Virus record (IMG/VR): IMGVR_UViG_3300038829_000018
Span: 1 to 36,184 of that record
DNA length: 36,184 nt
Reading direction: 5' to 3' (one strand)
Origin: a virus
Taxonomy: Duplodnaviria > Caudoviricetes
In this document: piece by piece, positions 26,528 to 35,554 of the stretch
Position numbering within the stretch: the stretch's first letter is position 1
Layout: every line of letters starts with the position of its first letter
Position numbers and translations under genes: made by a program
Notes under the pieces: generated by a model
The model's database searches: none
Seen by the model: the letters and a program-made list of their open reading frames with translations, nothing else
What the model was told of the DNA's origin: nothing

Positions 26528-26551
26528 AAAAAGCTATTTCGGGAGTATTGA

Positions 26552-26728
26552 TTAAGGTTTACTCAGGTCTTTCTCTATTAGTACAAATAATTCTTCTAAA
26601 TTAAATCCTATTTTAATCAGCTTAAATATAATTTCATTACTGATTTCTGAGCATCTAGCTTCGTTTACTTGTGCTGAATTTTGTTGCAGTTGGTTAGAGA
26701 TTTGTTCTTTTATCTCTTGAAGTGTCAT
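26552..26728 (-). CDS. 58-aa hypothetical protein (MTLQEIKEQISNQLQQ...LIEKDLSKP), not in the ORF track
   Basis: AAGGAGGA RBS; downstream of two sigma28-type promoters. Confidence 0.75.
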   Translation of the reverse strand: MTLQEIKEQISNQLQQNSAQVNEARCSEISNEIIFKLIKIGFNLEELFVLIEKDLSKP

Positions 26729-26752
26729 GTTATCCTCCTTGATTATATATAT

Positions 26753-26779
26753 TTATCGGCTTTTAGAGTGATAACTTTA
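26753..26779 (-). promoter_or_regulatory. Sigma28 (FliA)-type promoter 1
   Basis: Minus strand TAAA-N15-GCCGATAA, an exact match to the consensus and spacing. Confidence 0.8.
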
Positions 26780-26802
26780 GTGGTTTTAGCTCTATTTCGT
26801 CT

Positions 26803-26829
26803 TTATCGGTTGAAAAACTAAAAGCTTTA
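26803..26829 (-). promoter_or_regulatory. Sigma28 (FliA)-type promoter 2
   Basis: Minus strand TAAA-N15-ACCGATAA, 50 bp upstream of promoter 1. Confidence 0.7.
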
Positions 26830-26839
26830 GTCCCATAAT
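26810..26839 (+). promoter_or_regulatory. Putative late promoter giving a leaderless transcript
   Basis: TTGAAA-18 nt-CATAAT with a 7-nt gap to the ATG at 26847, which has no Shine-Dalgarno. Confidence 0.4.
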
Positions 26840-26846
26840 GATATAG

Positions 26847-27287
26847 ATGGCAGAAGAATCGCAAAATGATACGTCAGTTGATTTAGAAAAGCAAATAATA
26901 GATTCTTTTATTTCTGATTATGTATCTGACCAGTTGGATCTAGAGTACTTATATAATAAATATAATGAATCTACAGTAAATATATGGCTAGCTAGATCGG
27001 ACATAGTTAAGAGAATAATTGACTCTAAGCGCATACAATCTGAGAAGTGTGATCTATTAAATAAGCAATTAAATACATTCAAACAGAAAGCTTCTGAGAT
27101 AATAAAGAAAGTTCTTGATGGCGAAGTTGTTAATAAAGATCAAATAAGGATGGCAGAGAAGGTTTTCTCTGCGGAGTTTTCTTTCGCTGAATCGAGAGGA
27201 AAAGCTTTAGGTGAAAAGTCTGCTCAAGTAGGAGACTCTAGAAAAGAAATAGCAATCATGATAGATTCAGACGATGAAAATTTGTGA
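26847..27287 (+). CDS. terS: Putative terminase small subunit
   Basis: 146-aa helical protein overlapping the terL start; called mainly by position. Confidence 0.6.
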   Translation: MAEESQNDTSVDLEKQIIDSFISDYVSDQLDLEYLYNKYNESTVNIWLARSDIVKRIIDSKRIQSEKCDLLNKQLNTFKQKASEIIKKVLDGEVVNKDQIRMAEKVFSAEFSFAESRGKALGEKSAQVGDSRKEIAIMIDSDDENL

Positions 27288-28573
27288 AATATGGAAGCAC
27301 GTTGGGCTTTAAAAAAACATTAAAACAAGTAGAACAGGCTAAGCTATTCTCAGACGATAGATATAAATACATATTGTCTTATGGTGGCTCTAGAGCATCT
27401 AAGACATTTGGCATTTGCAGAGCAATGATAATAAGGGCGTGTAAAACTAAGTCTAGACACGCAGCTTTAAGACTAAAGTTTAACCACGCAAAGATGTCAT
27501 TATGGCATGAGACATTCCCAAAGGTTTTTGATTTATGTTTTCCTGATCTTGAATATGATGAGAACAAATCAGATTACTTTTATACATTACCAAATGGTTC
27601 AGAGATATTTGTTGGAGGTCTAGACGATAAGCAGAGAGTTGAAAAGATTCTTGGTAAAGAGTTTAGTACGCTTTTCTTTAATGAAGTAACTCAAATCCCA
27701 TACTCATCTGTGACTATGGCGCTAACTCGTTTAGCAGAGAAAAATTCACTAATTAAAAAAGCATTTTATGACTGTAACCCGCCTACAAAAAGATCGTGGA
27801 TATATCCTTTATTTATGAAAGGATTAGATCCTGATACTTGGGAGCCTAAAAAAGATGCTGATAAATATAAATATATTTTAATGAACCCTAAAGATAATCT
27901 AGAAAATATTGATGATGACTTTATAGAAATGCTTGAGCAGCTTCCTGAAAAAGATCGACAGCGTTTTTTATACGGTGAGTTTCAAGACGAAAGTAGCGGT
28001 CAAATTTATTATTCTTTTAGAAGAGAAAATCACGTTAAGAAAATAAACAGAGTGGAGTCAGTTCCACTAACGCTATGCATTGACTTTAACGTAAATCCTC
28101 TTACTTGTTGTGTGTGCCAGATAATAAACGAGTCGATAAATGTTATTGATGAGTTTTGGTTAGAGAATAGCAACACGAAGCAAATGGCTGAAGTTATTAG
28201 GTCAAAGTATCCTGGAGCTTGGAGAATAATACCAGATGCTACAGGTAAGGCTTTAAAAACAAGTGCCGCAGGTTTATCAGATCATCAGATTTTAAGAGAT
28301 CATGGTTTTATAGTGCCATCAGTTACTAATCCTTATCGTATGGATAGATACAACGCAGTTAATAATATATTTGAAAAAAACAGAATTATAATTGATCCTA
28401 AATGCGTTAAGCTCATAAGGGATCTTGAGCAAGTCTCTTATAAAGATAATACTAATTTACCGGACGATAGAGATAAGTCGTTAACCCATATTAGTGATGC
28501 TCTTGGATATTTAATAAATTATGCGTTTCCATTAATAAAAGTTAAAGCAACTGCGACAATGTTCGCGAGGTAA
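27284..28573 (+). CDS. terL: Terminase large subunit
   Basis: YGGSRASKT Walker A-like, FFNEVTQ Walker B, DCNPP, nuclease CIDFN and HISDALGY. Confidence 0.95.
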   Translation: MKYGSTLGFKKTLKQVEQAKLFSDDRYKYILSYGGSRASKTFGICRAMIIRACKTKSRHAALRLKFNHAKMSLWHETFPKVFDLCFPDLEYDENKSDYFYTLPNGSEIFVGGLDDKQRVEKILGKEFSTLFFNEVTQIPYSSVTMALTRLAEKNSLIKKAFYDCNPPTKRSWIYPLFMKGLDPDTWEPKKDADKYKYILMNPKDNLENIDDDFIEMLEQLPEKDRQRFLYGEFQDESSGQIYYSFRRENHVKKINRVESVPLTLCIDFNVNPLTCCVCQIINESINVIDEFWLENSNTKQMAEVIRSKYPGAWRIIPDATGKALKTSAAGLSDHQILRDHGFIVPSVTNPYRMDRYNAVNNIFEKNRIIIDPKCVKLIRDLEQVSYKDNTNLPDDRDKSLTHISDALGYLINYAFPLIKVKATATMFAR

Positions 28574-28577
28574 TTAA

Positions 28578-30125
28578 ATGGCAGATATTTTAAACTATAA
28601 CGACCGCGTTCAAGCTTTAGATGAGATAAAAGGACAAGAGAATACTTTACGAAAACGAGAGTCATTGAAACGATTTGAAGTATTTAAAGATCGTGCTGGT
28701 AAATTTGTTATTGATAAGCTTGAGAGTGAGTTTTCTCATAAGACAGTAAGTGAGATGAGAAAAATATTATCTATTAATTTATGTCCACGGATTATAAATG
28801 AGCTTTCATCTATTTATGCAGAGGCTCCAGAGCGTGAGTTTAAAAATGTTACTGAAGAGCAAGAGAATTTATTAGAAAAGCTTTATGAGATGGCTCGTGT
28901 TGACGTGCAGATGCAAAACGCTAATAAATATTTTAAATTATATGACCAGATCATTTTAAAAGTAATTCCTTGGGAAGGAGTACCAGGACCTCGGGCGATA
29001 CTTCCGCATCAGATTGATGTTATACCGAAAGAGACGAATCCAGAAGTTGCAGACTCGTATATCATTAGTGTGTTTAATAAATATTTAGAACTAAGCTCAA
29101 ATATATCTCAAGGTCTTGCAGGAGTTGGTAGAAATTTATTAAATCCTAATTCGTCAAGCGACGGTGTTAACCAGTCGATTGCAGATAAGGACGATTACAA
29201 AATAAAAGAGCGATACGAATGTTGGAGCGAGACTGCTAACTTTTTCATGAACGGTAAAGGTGAAGTTGTTTCTGAAGATACGATAAATGTTATTGGTGAG
29301 CTTCCATTCGTAGATATTAGTTGCGAGAAAGATTTTGAGTTTTGGGTTAGAAATGGGAATGGTATCGTAGATTTTGCGATTGATTTTATGTCTCAACTCT
29401 CAGACGTGTCAAATTTGTTGAGGCTTCAAGGTTATGCTCAAGCTATTTTCACTGGCACAAAGCAGCCTGAAAATATGTTGATAGGTCCTAACAGGGTTTT
29501 ATTCATGCAGGTTGACGAGAATAATCCGCAAGTAGTTCCACGATTTGAGTTCGCAAGTCCTAATAGTGATATTGGTTCTAGTCTTAATTTCTTAGAGATG
29601 ACTCTAAGAATGTTTTTGACAAGTAAAGGTATTGATCCGAAGGCTATAGCGTCTAGCAATAATGGTGCTCAGAGTTTTAGCTCAGCTCTAGAAAGACTTT
29701 TATCGATGGTAAGTCGGTTTGAGGCTTCGCAAGCAGATATGAAATACTTTGAATCGGCTGAAGAAAAGATATTTAAACTAATGGTTAAGTGGCTAAACGC
29801 TTATCAAGGTACAGATAAATTGCATCCTGATTTGAGAGGTCCGTTGATACCAGAGAATGCCGAGATGGTAGTTGTATATAAAAAACCTCAAGAAGTTCAG
29901 ACAGAGCAAGAGAAGCAAGCGTATGTTAAGTCGCTTTTAGATATGGGAGTCATGTCGAAAGTAGAAGCTGTAGAAGAGCTTTATGGAATTGACGAGCAGA
30001 TGGCTATTGAGAAAATGAAAAAGATCGAAGCTGAAAGCAAATTAACAGTTGTGCAGTTACCTGCTCAGCATGATGAGCCAGCAGTTGATGAGATGCAGCC
30101 GAGTGCACAAATAGAGGTTCAGTAA
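28578..30125 (+). CDS. Portal protein
   Basis: 515 aa directly after terL; INVIGELPFV, FSSALERL and FESAEEKIFKL segments. Confidence 0.85.
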   Translation: MADILNYNDRVQALDEIKGQENTLRKRESLKRFEVFKDRAGKFVIDKLESEFSHKTVSEMRKILSINLCPRIINELSSIYAEAPEREFKNVTEEQENLLEKLYEMARVDVQMQNANKYFKLYDQIILKVIPWEGVPGPRAILPHQIDVIPKETNPEVADSYIISVFNKYLELSSNISQGLAGVGRNLLNPNSSSDGVNQSIADKDDYKIKERYECWSETANFFMNGKGEVVSEDTINVIGELPFVDISCEKDFEFWVRNGNGIVDFAIDFMSQLSDVSNLLRLQGYAQAIFTGTKQPENMLIGPNRVLFMQVDENNPQVVPRFEFASPNSDIGSSLNFLEMTLRMFLTSKGIDPKAIASSNNGAQSFSSALERLLSMVSRFEASQADMKYFESAEEKIFKLMVKWLNAYQGTDKLHPDLRGPLIPENAEMVVVYKKPQEVQTEQEKQAYVKSLLDMGVMSKVEAVEELYGIDEQMAIEKMKKIEAESKLTVVQLPAQHDEPAVDEMQPSAQIEVQ

Positions 30126-30704
30126 ATGTCATTTAAGCCACCGAAAGTATCTACTTCTGGAGGTTACGAGGTATCGCAAGAGATAAATCTAAAAGAAGTT
30201 TTCGGAGTTGATTTATCTAATAATGATGATCTAAAGCAGTTGATCGGTGAGGCAATTATTCAGACGATACGACAACGTACTGAGAGCGGTAAAGGGATTA
30301 AGTTCTCAGAGAGCGGTGACGCTTCTACTTATGCAATGAAGAAGTACTCTAAAGCGTACAAAGAGAGTGCTGAGTTTAGAGCATTTAATAAGACTGATAA
30401 AGTTAATTTAACAATGTCAGGTGATATGTTAGGTCTTCTTGATATTGTTAAATCAACTGGAAATAAAATAAAAATAGGTTGGGACGATAGCGAACAAAAC
30501 GCAAAAGCGTATAATCATACAGTTGGAGACACAGTCCCAGAGCGACCATTTTTCGGAGTTAGTAAGTCTGAGCTAAAAAACATCGCAAAAGAATTTAAGT
30601 CTGAGATAGCTGATGCAGTTGATGCGTCTAATGATGGCGCTAGTAAAAAAGAAATCATAGCTAAGCTAGGGTCACTAATGGATTTTATTGATGGCGAAAG
30701 TTAA
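30126..30704 (+). CDS. Virion morphogenesis protein (Mu gpG / tail-S-like), copy 1
   Basis: VNLTMSGDML, KAYNH, VPERPFFGVS. Confidence 0.7.
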   Translation: MSFKPPKVSTSGGYEVSQEINLKEVFGVDLSNNDDLKQLIGEAIIQTIRQRTESGKGIKFSESGDASTYAMKKYSKAYKESAEFRAFNKTDKVNLTMSGDMLGLLDIVKSTGNKIKIGWDDSEQNAKAYNHTVGDTVPERPFFGVSKSELKNIAKEFKSEIADAVDASNDGASKKEIIAKLGSLMDFIDGES

Positions 30705-31209
30705 ATGGAGCGGAATAAAAGAGCTTGAAAAAGTTCTTCGCAAGAAAATTGAAGATGAGATCAGAAACAAGACACTGCTCGATCAGATTGGAGCTTTCGT
30801 AGTTGATCGTATTCAGTCATTTACTCGTAGTGGCAAGACGTTAGCAACGTCAGATAGACCAAAGCAATTAAAGAAATTAAAGCCATCTACCATTAAAAGT
30901 AGATATTATGAGTTCGCTAAAGGTGAAGTAGATCCAGAGTATTTTCATTCTCCTGATACTTCGCAGTTAACTTTGACAGGTCAATTGTTGAGAGCGATGA
31001 CTTATAAGTCATCAGTAAATAATTCCAGCGTAGAGATATACGTCGATGACACATCACGAAAAGAAGATACGAGTTTAAGTAATGCAGATGTGGCTAAGTA
31101 TGTTGCTGAGGCTGGAAGACCTTTTTTAGGTTTAGACAAGACTGGAATAAAGCGAGTGCAAAGAATGATATTGACAGAGTTACGCAAGAAGTTACGATTT
31201 AATCGTTAG
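30691..31209 (+). CDS. Virion morphogenesis protein (Mu gpG / tail-S-like), copy 2
   Basis: KKLKPSTIKSR, QLTLTGQLLRAM, GRPFLGLD. Confidence 0.7.
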   Translation: MAKVKWSGIKELEKVLRKKIEDEIRNKTLLDQIGAFVVDRIQSFTRSGKTLATSDRPKQLKKLKPSTIKSRYYEFAKGEVDPEYFHSPDTSQLTLTGQLLRAMTYKSSVNNSSVEIYVDDTSRKEDTSLSNADVAKYVAEAGRPFLGLDKTGIKRVQRMILTELRKKLRFNR

Positions 31210-31241
31210 AGTTTACAAAAATAAAAATAGGGGGATATAAT

Positions 31242-31865
31242 ATGTCAGAAGATTCAAAAGGCTCCAGTGGAGCGCCGGATGCAAACGCCAGTGGCGAAAA
31301 TCAGGAAGCAACTCAAACACAATCAGCACAAGAGAATAAGACTAAGGATGTCGTAGCGTATGACACGTATAGAAAAATTCTTTCAGAGAAGAAAAAGCTC
31401 GAAGAGAAGTTTTCAAGTATTGAGTCTGAGCTAAATACACTCAGGGACGAGAAGCTTGGTGCAGAGGGTAAAAAAGACGAGTTGATAGAATCTTTAAAGA
31501 AAAAAGAATTAGCTGCTCAAGGGAGAGTAAAAGAATTAGTGGGATCTTTTGCTTATTCTAAATTAGTTGATTCTATTTCGGTTGAGGCTGCTAAACAAGG
31601 TTGCTCTAATGTCGATGCTTTTTTAAAGCTGGTAGAGTTCCCAACTGAGGCAGTTGATGCAGAGGACGGTTTTAGAGTTAATGGTGACGCAATAAAAATG
31701 GCAATCGAAAAAGTAAAAAAAGATTATCCAGAGTTATCACTATTTAATAAAAGCGTTGCATCTGTGAAGGCTGGTGTACCTATGGGCGCTGCTAGTGGCG
31801 GTACTCAAAATATGAGCATCAAAGAAATGTCGATGCTTGCACTAAAAGGGTTAATGAAGGACTAA
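31242..31865 (+). CDS. Capsid scaffolding protein
   Basis: Low-complexity N-terminus, coiled coil and KKDYPELSLF segment; immediately before the capsid gene. Confidence 0.8.
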   Translation: MSEDSKGSSGAPDANASGENQEATQTQSAQENKTKDVVAYDTYRKILSEKKKLEEKFSSIESELNTLRDEKLGAEGKKDELIESLKKKELAAQGRVKELVGSFAYSKLVDSISVEAAKQGCSNVDAFLKLVEFPTEAVDAEDGFRVNGDAIKMAIEKVKKDYPELSLFNKSVASVKAGVPMGAASGGTQNMSIKEMSMLALKGLMKD

Positions 31866-31889
31866 ATAATTATTTCTTAGGGGGAATAA

Positions 31890-32741
31890 ATGGCTAATGA
31901 AATCGGACAAACAGAAGTGACAGCAGCGTCTCAGGCGCTAGTTGCTAATGTTGTTCAAACTGTTTTAAAACAGAAATCAATTTTAATGGGTACTGTAGAC
32001 GACTATTCTAAGTTTGCAGTTAAGGGTTCAAAAAGCGTATCAGTTCCAAAGCGTACACAATATGCAGCGGCTGATAAGTCTGAGAACACAGATTTAACAT
32101 CACAAGTATTAACATATTCAGTTGATACAATTGCGCTTGATAAGCATAAAGCAATCTACTCAAAACTTGAGCGTATTGCTGGAGCACAAGCTAATGTTGA
32201 CGTTGCTTCTGATATATTGCTTGAGAGTGCTGCTGAATTAGCTTTGCAGATTGATAAAGATATTATCACTCAGCTTAAACTTATTTCTACGTCTGCGCCA
32301 GATCACTGGCTTGATTATGTAGACACTGCTGGTAACGCTCTTGCAATAGCTGATATTGTTAACGCTCGTAAGCTTTTGAATAAGCAAAACGTGCCTCTTG
32401 ACAACCGGTTCATGGTTATTTCACCAGATAAAGAAGCTGATATGTTAAATATCACTAACTTTATTCAGGCGCAAAACTACGGATCAAATCAACCATTGAT
32501 TAATGGTGAGATCGGTCGAGTAATGGGCTTTACAGTTCTTGTGCATAATTCATTGAGTGCTCTTGATTCATTGTTTTACCACAAATCACACTGTGGATTC
32601 GCTATGCAGATCCAACCAGAATTTGCGACTATGTTTCAATTAGCGTCTGTATCTGATGAGTTTTTACTACATCAATTGTACGGCACGAAGGTTATGAGTG
32701 CAGGTATTCGTGGAGTTTATCTCGACGGAGCTGGTGTTTAA
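31890..32741 (+). CDS. Major capsid protein
   Basis: GSKSVSVPK, LALQIDKDII, ARKLLNKQNVPLDNRFMVISP, NGEIGRVMGFTV, LYGTKV; strong RBS. Confidence 0.92.
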   Translation: MANEIGQTEVTAASQALVANVVQTVLKQKSILMGTVDDYSKFAVKGSKSVSVPKRTQYAAADKSENTDLTSQVLTYSVDTIALDKHKAIYSKLERIAGAQANVDVASDILLESAAELALQIDKDIITQLKLISTSAPDHWLDYVDTAGNALAIADIVNARKLLNKQNVPLDNRFMVISPDKEADMLNITNFIQAQNYGSNQPLINGEIGRVMGFTVLVHNSLSALDSLFYHKSHCGFAMQIQPEFATMFQLASVSDEFLLHQLYGTKVMSAGIRGVYLDGAGV

Positions 32742-32743
32742 TA

Positions 32744-32950
32744 GTGTCTACTGGGAATTCGTTAAGAATACCTAGATTTTTGTCCGCTTCAAGTCCCAGT
32801 GGCTTGGAGCGGATAATGTTAAAAAACAATCTTGATAAAAGCAAGGAGCACAATTATTTCGACATTGTACAAGTCGATGGTAAGTGGTTTGCTTGGTTTT
32901 ATGAAGAGGTTCAAGTTAAGACGCAAGATATATTAGAGGTTAAAAAATAA
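32744..32950 (+). CDS. Small hypothetical protein
   Basis: Coupled to both neighbours; GKWFAWFYE motif. Confidence 0.65.
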   Translation: MSTGNSLRIPRFLSASSPSGLERIMLKNNLDKSKEHNYFDIVQVDGKWFAWFYEEVQVKTQDILEVKK

Positions 32951-33189
32951 TGGCTAATTTATCTGACAGGTCTACTAACGAAAACAACACTTACAAAATA
33001 GTCACCGATGCTGGAGTTGATAAAATAGCTCAGAGGGTAAGTGATCCTGTTTTATATTCGCAAAATTTAACGATTATTTCATTGCTAGAGGATTTAATAG
33101 TTGCAGTTGGTGGAGGAGTGTCGGCTAATTATTTAACAGATGCTTCAGGAAATATCTTGCAAGATAGTTCTGGAAACAATTTAATCTAG
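32950..33189 (+). CDS. Small hypothetical (probably virion) protein
   Basis: GAGG RBS; C-terminal repeat YLTDASGNILQDSSGNNLI. Confidence 0.65.
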   Translation: MANLSDRSTNENNTYKIVTDAGVDKIAQRVSDPVLYSQNLTIISLLEDLIVAVGGGVSANYLTDASGNILQDSSGNNLI

Positions 33190-33202
33190 TCAGAGGGATT
33201 TG

Positions 33203-34171
33203 ATGGCAAACATACAGCATATTTATACTGGCACTGCGGCTCCGGCTACAACTCCTGCGGCAGTTGGACATCACTTTGTAGATACAGTTAATTTAAAAAG
33301 TTATATATCTGTAGGGACTTCTTCGAGCGCCGATTGGATATTAAATAATGATCCTACCGCACTTAATGCTCACTTGGCTGATCTCGCTAACCCTCATGTG
33401 GTTACGAAAACTCAAGTTGGATTAGGTAACGCTGATAATACTTCAGACGCGAATAAGCCAGTATCGACAGCTCAACAAACTGCTTTAGATCTAAAAGCTG
33501 ATCTTGCGTCACCTGCGTTGACAGGAGTACCGACGGCACCGACGGCAACTATAGGTACTAATACTACTCAGCTAGCAACGACAGCTTTTGTTTTAGAAAA
33601 CGGTGGTACAACAGGAGATGCTACTACGCTTGTAAAAGGTATTGTTAAGCTTGCGGGTGATTTATCTGGTACAGCGGAGCTTCCAACAGTTCCAGGACTA
33701 GCAGGAAAAGAACCAACAATTACTGCTACTACTTCTTCTGATTACTATCGAGGCGATAAAACATTTCAAGTTTTGAATAATATAGCAGTTGGATTACCCA
33801 ATGTTCAAGATTTAGATCAAACTAATCCTTCAAACATAGTGCAAGATGCAACTCATAGATTTACAAATGATACAGACGTTACTCGTCTTGTTAATACGAG
33901 CGGAACGAATACTGGCGATAACGCGACAAATTCTCAGTATTCAGGACTTGCAGCTTCAAAAGAAGATGTTTCAAATAAAGCAACTGACTTAACTTCACCG
34001 GATAATGTGAAGTACCCGACGACGTTAGCCGTATCAACTGCACAAGCGTTAGATTTAAAAATTGCTAACAACTTATCAGACGTTGCAAGTGTACCAACAG
34101 CTCAAACAAATTTAGAAATATCAACTATGGAAGAAATATTACCACTAATCACCGGATTAAATTCTTTTTAA
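33203..34171 (+). CDS. Fibre-like virion protein (head or collar fibre candidate)
   Basis: NPHVVTKTQVGLGNADNTSDANKPVSTAQQTALDLKA, SPALTGVPTAPTA...TTQLATTAFV, DATTLVKGIVKLAGDL, ANNLSDV. Confidence 0.75.
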   Translation: MANIQHIYTGTAAPATTPAAVGHHFVDTVNLKSYISVGTSSSADWILNNDPTALNAHLADLANPHVVTKTQVGLGNADNTSDANKPVSTAQQTALDLKADLASPALTGVPTAPTATIGTNTTQLATTAFVLENGGTTGDATTLVKGIVKLAGDLSGTAELPTVPGLAGKEPTITATTSSDYYRGDKTFQVLNNIAVGLPNVQDLDQTNPSNIVQDATHRFTNDTDVTRLVNTSGTNTGDNATNSQYSGLAASKEDVSNKATDLTSPDNVKYPTTLAVSTAQALDLKIANNLSDVASVPTAQTNLEISTMEEILPLITGLNSF

Positions 34172-34183
34172 GGAGAACTTTTT

Positions 34184-34600
34184 ATGGCACAAAATCACAA
34201 AGCAATTTACACGTTAGTACCAAAAATTAACTGGGGTGCTGCTGCAATAACAGCGGCAAACACTGCGAAAGATGGAACGGGTACGGTTGACACGATATTT
34301 ACGGCAGATGCTACCAACGGAAGTTTTGTACAAAAGATAAAATTTCGCCCCGCTGGCGCTAACGTACAAACGGTAGCTCGTATATTTATAAATAATGGTT
34401 CTACAAATGCAACGGCAGCGAATAATATTTTGTACGATGAAGTAACTCTACCAGCTACAACACTGAGTGAAACTGGCGCAATTAATGGACCTGAATTATA
34501 TTTAAATATCGTGTTACCTGCGGGTTATAAAATTAATGTTACGTTAGGTACTGCGGTCGCGGCTGGCTATTATGCTTCGATTGTGGGTGGTGATTATTAA
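34184..34600 (+). CDS. Hypothetical beta-rich virion protein
   Basis: AAGGAG RBS; Thr/Ala-rich, ends GGDY; sits between the fibre and Gly-rich genes. Confidence 0.6.
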   Translation: MAQNHKAIYTLVPKINWGAAAITAANTAKDGTGTVDTIFTADATNGSFVQKIKFRPAGANVQTVARIFINNGSTNATAANNILYDEVTLPATTLSETGAINGPELYLNIVLPAGYKINVTLGTAVAAGYYASIVGGDY

Positions 34601-35553
34601 TGTACGACCAAAGTCACTTGCCAAAAGACGAACGAAAAGAGCAAGTATTTTTGTACACTGGCTCTCGCCAAACTTGGAATAAACCAAGAAATATTTCAAT
34701 GGTAAGTATGTTTTTAATCGGCGGCGGTGCGGGTGGCGGAGCGGGCGCAGCTTATGGTGGCGGCGGCGGAGGCGGTGGTTCTAGCGCAGTAACTAGATTT
34801 CTGGTACAGGCTAAATTAATTCCTGATATTTTATACGTTACTGTAGGCTTAGGTGGATCTGGTGGAGTGGGAGCAACTGACACAAACGGCGGCACTTCTG
34901 GTTCTGTCGGGAGTCATTCTTATGTAAGCGTTGGTCATGCTCTATCGCCGGCGACAAATCTTTTTGTTATTTCCGGAACAAGTACGCCAACCGGAGGTAA
35001 TCCGGGAGCTACCGGCGGTAGTGCTGGTGTAGGTGGTACGGCAGGAAGTGCGGGTACTACTGCAACTTCAAATTTAGTTTATCTCGGAATAGTAAATTAT
35101 ATTCTAGGTCAAGCGGGAGCAAACGGAGGCACTTCTGGCACGGCTGGGTTAAGCGTAACACCTGCGAACATAGTGAGCGGCGGCGCAGGCGGCGGCGGCA
35201 CTACTTGGGGTGTTTCGGGCACGTCGGTCGCATTCGGCGGCGGTAACGTAAACGCGAGCGGGCAATTCCCATTAATACCCGGCGGTGCGGTTGATTACAC
35301 AGTAGGAACAATCGGTAATTTTGGTGGAAATGGTGATATAAAATCAGATTTATTTTTCTCATGCGGCGGCGCAGGCGGTTCGGGAAAATCGGACAACGTG
35401 TCTGTCAGAAGCACTGGCGGTGCGGGCGGTAATGCTGGCTATGGTTCTGGAGGCGGCGGCGGCGGTGCTGGCGGCGGGTTCGGTCCGAACGTAGGAATCG
35501 GCGGCAATGGCGGCAGAGGCGGGGATGGTATTGTTATCATCTCGTGTTGGTAA
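34600..35553 (+). CDS. Glycine-rich virion protein, paralogue 1
   Basis: QTWNKPRNISMVSMFLIGGGAGGG ... GGNGGRGGDGIVIISCW. Confidence 0.85.
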   Translation: MYDQSHLPKDERKEQVFLYTGSRQTWNKPRNISMVSMFLIGGGAGGGAGAAYGGGGGGGGSSAVTRFLVQAKLIPDILYVTVGLGGSGGVGATDTNGGTSGSVGSHSYVSVGHALSPATNLFVISGTSTPTGGNPGATGGSAGVGGTAGSAGTTATSNLVYLGIVNYILGQAGANGGTSGTAGLSVTPANIVSGGAGGGGTTWGVSGTSVAFGGGNVNASGQFPLIPGGAVDYTVGTIGNFGGNGDIKSDLFFSCGGAGGSGKSDNVSVRSTGGAGGNAGYGSGGGGGGAGGGFGPNVGIGGNGGRGGDGIVIISCW

Positions 35554-35554
35554 T

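Noticed and set aside
31212-31241. TTTACA-18-TATAAT promoter-like sequence
   Set aside because: The -10 box abuts the scaffold ATG and lies downstream of its RBS, so it could not transcribe that gene intact; may be chance in AT-rich DNA.
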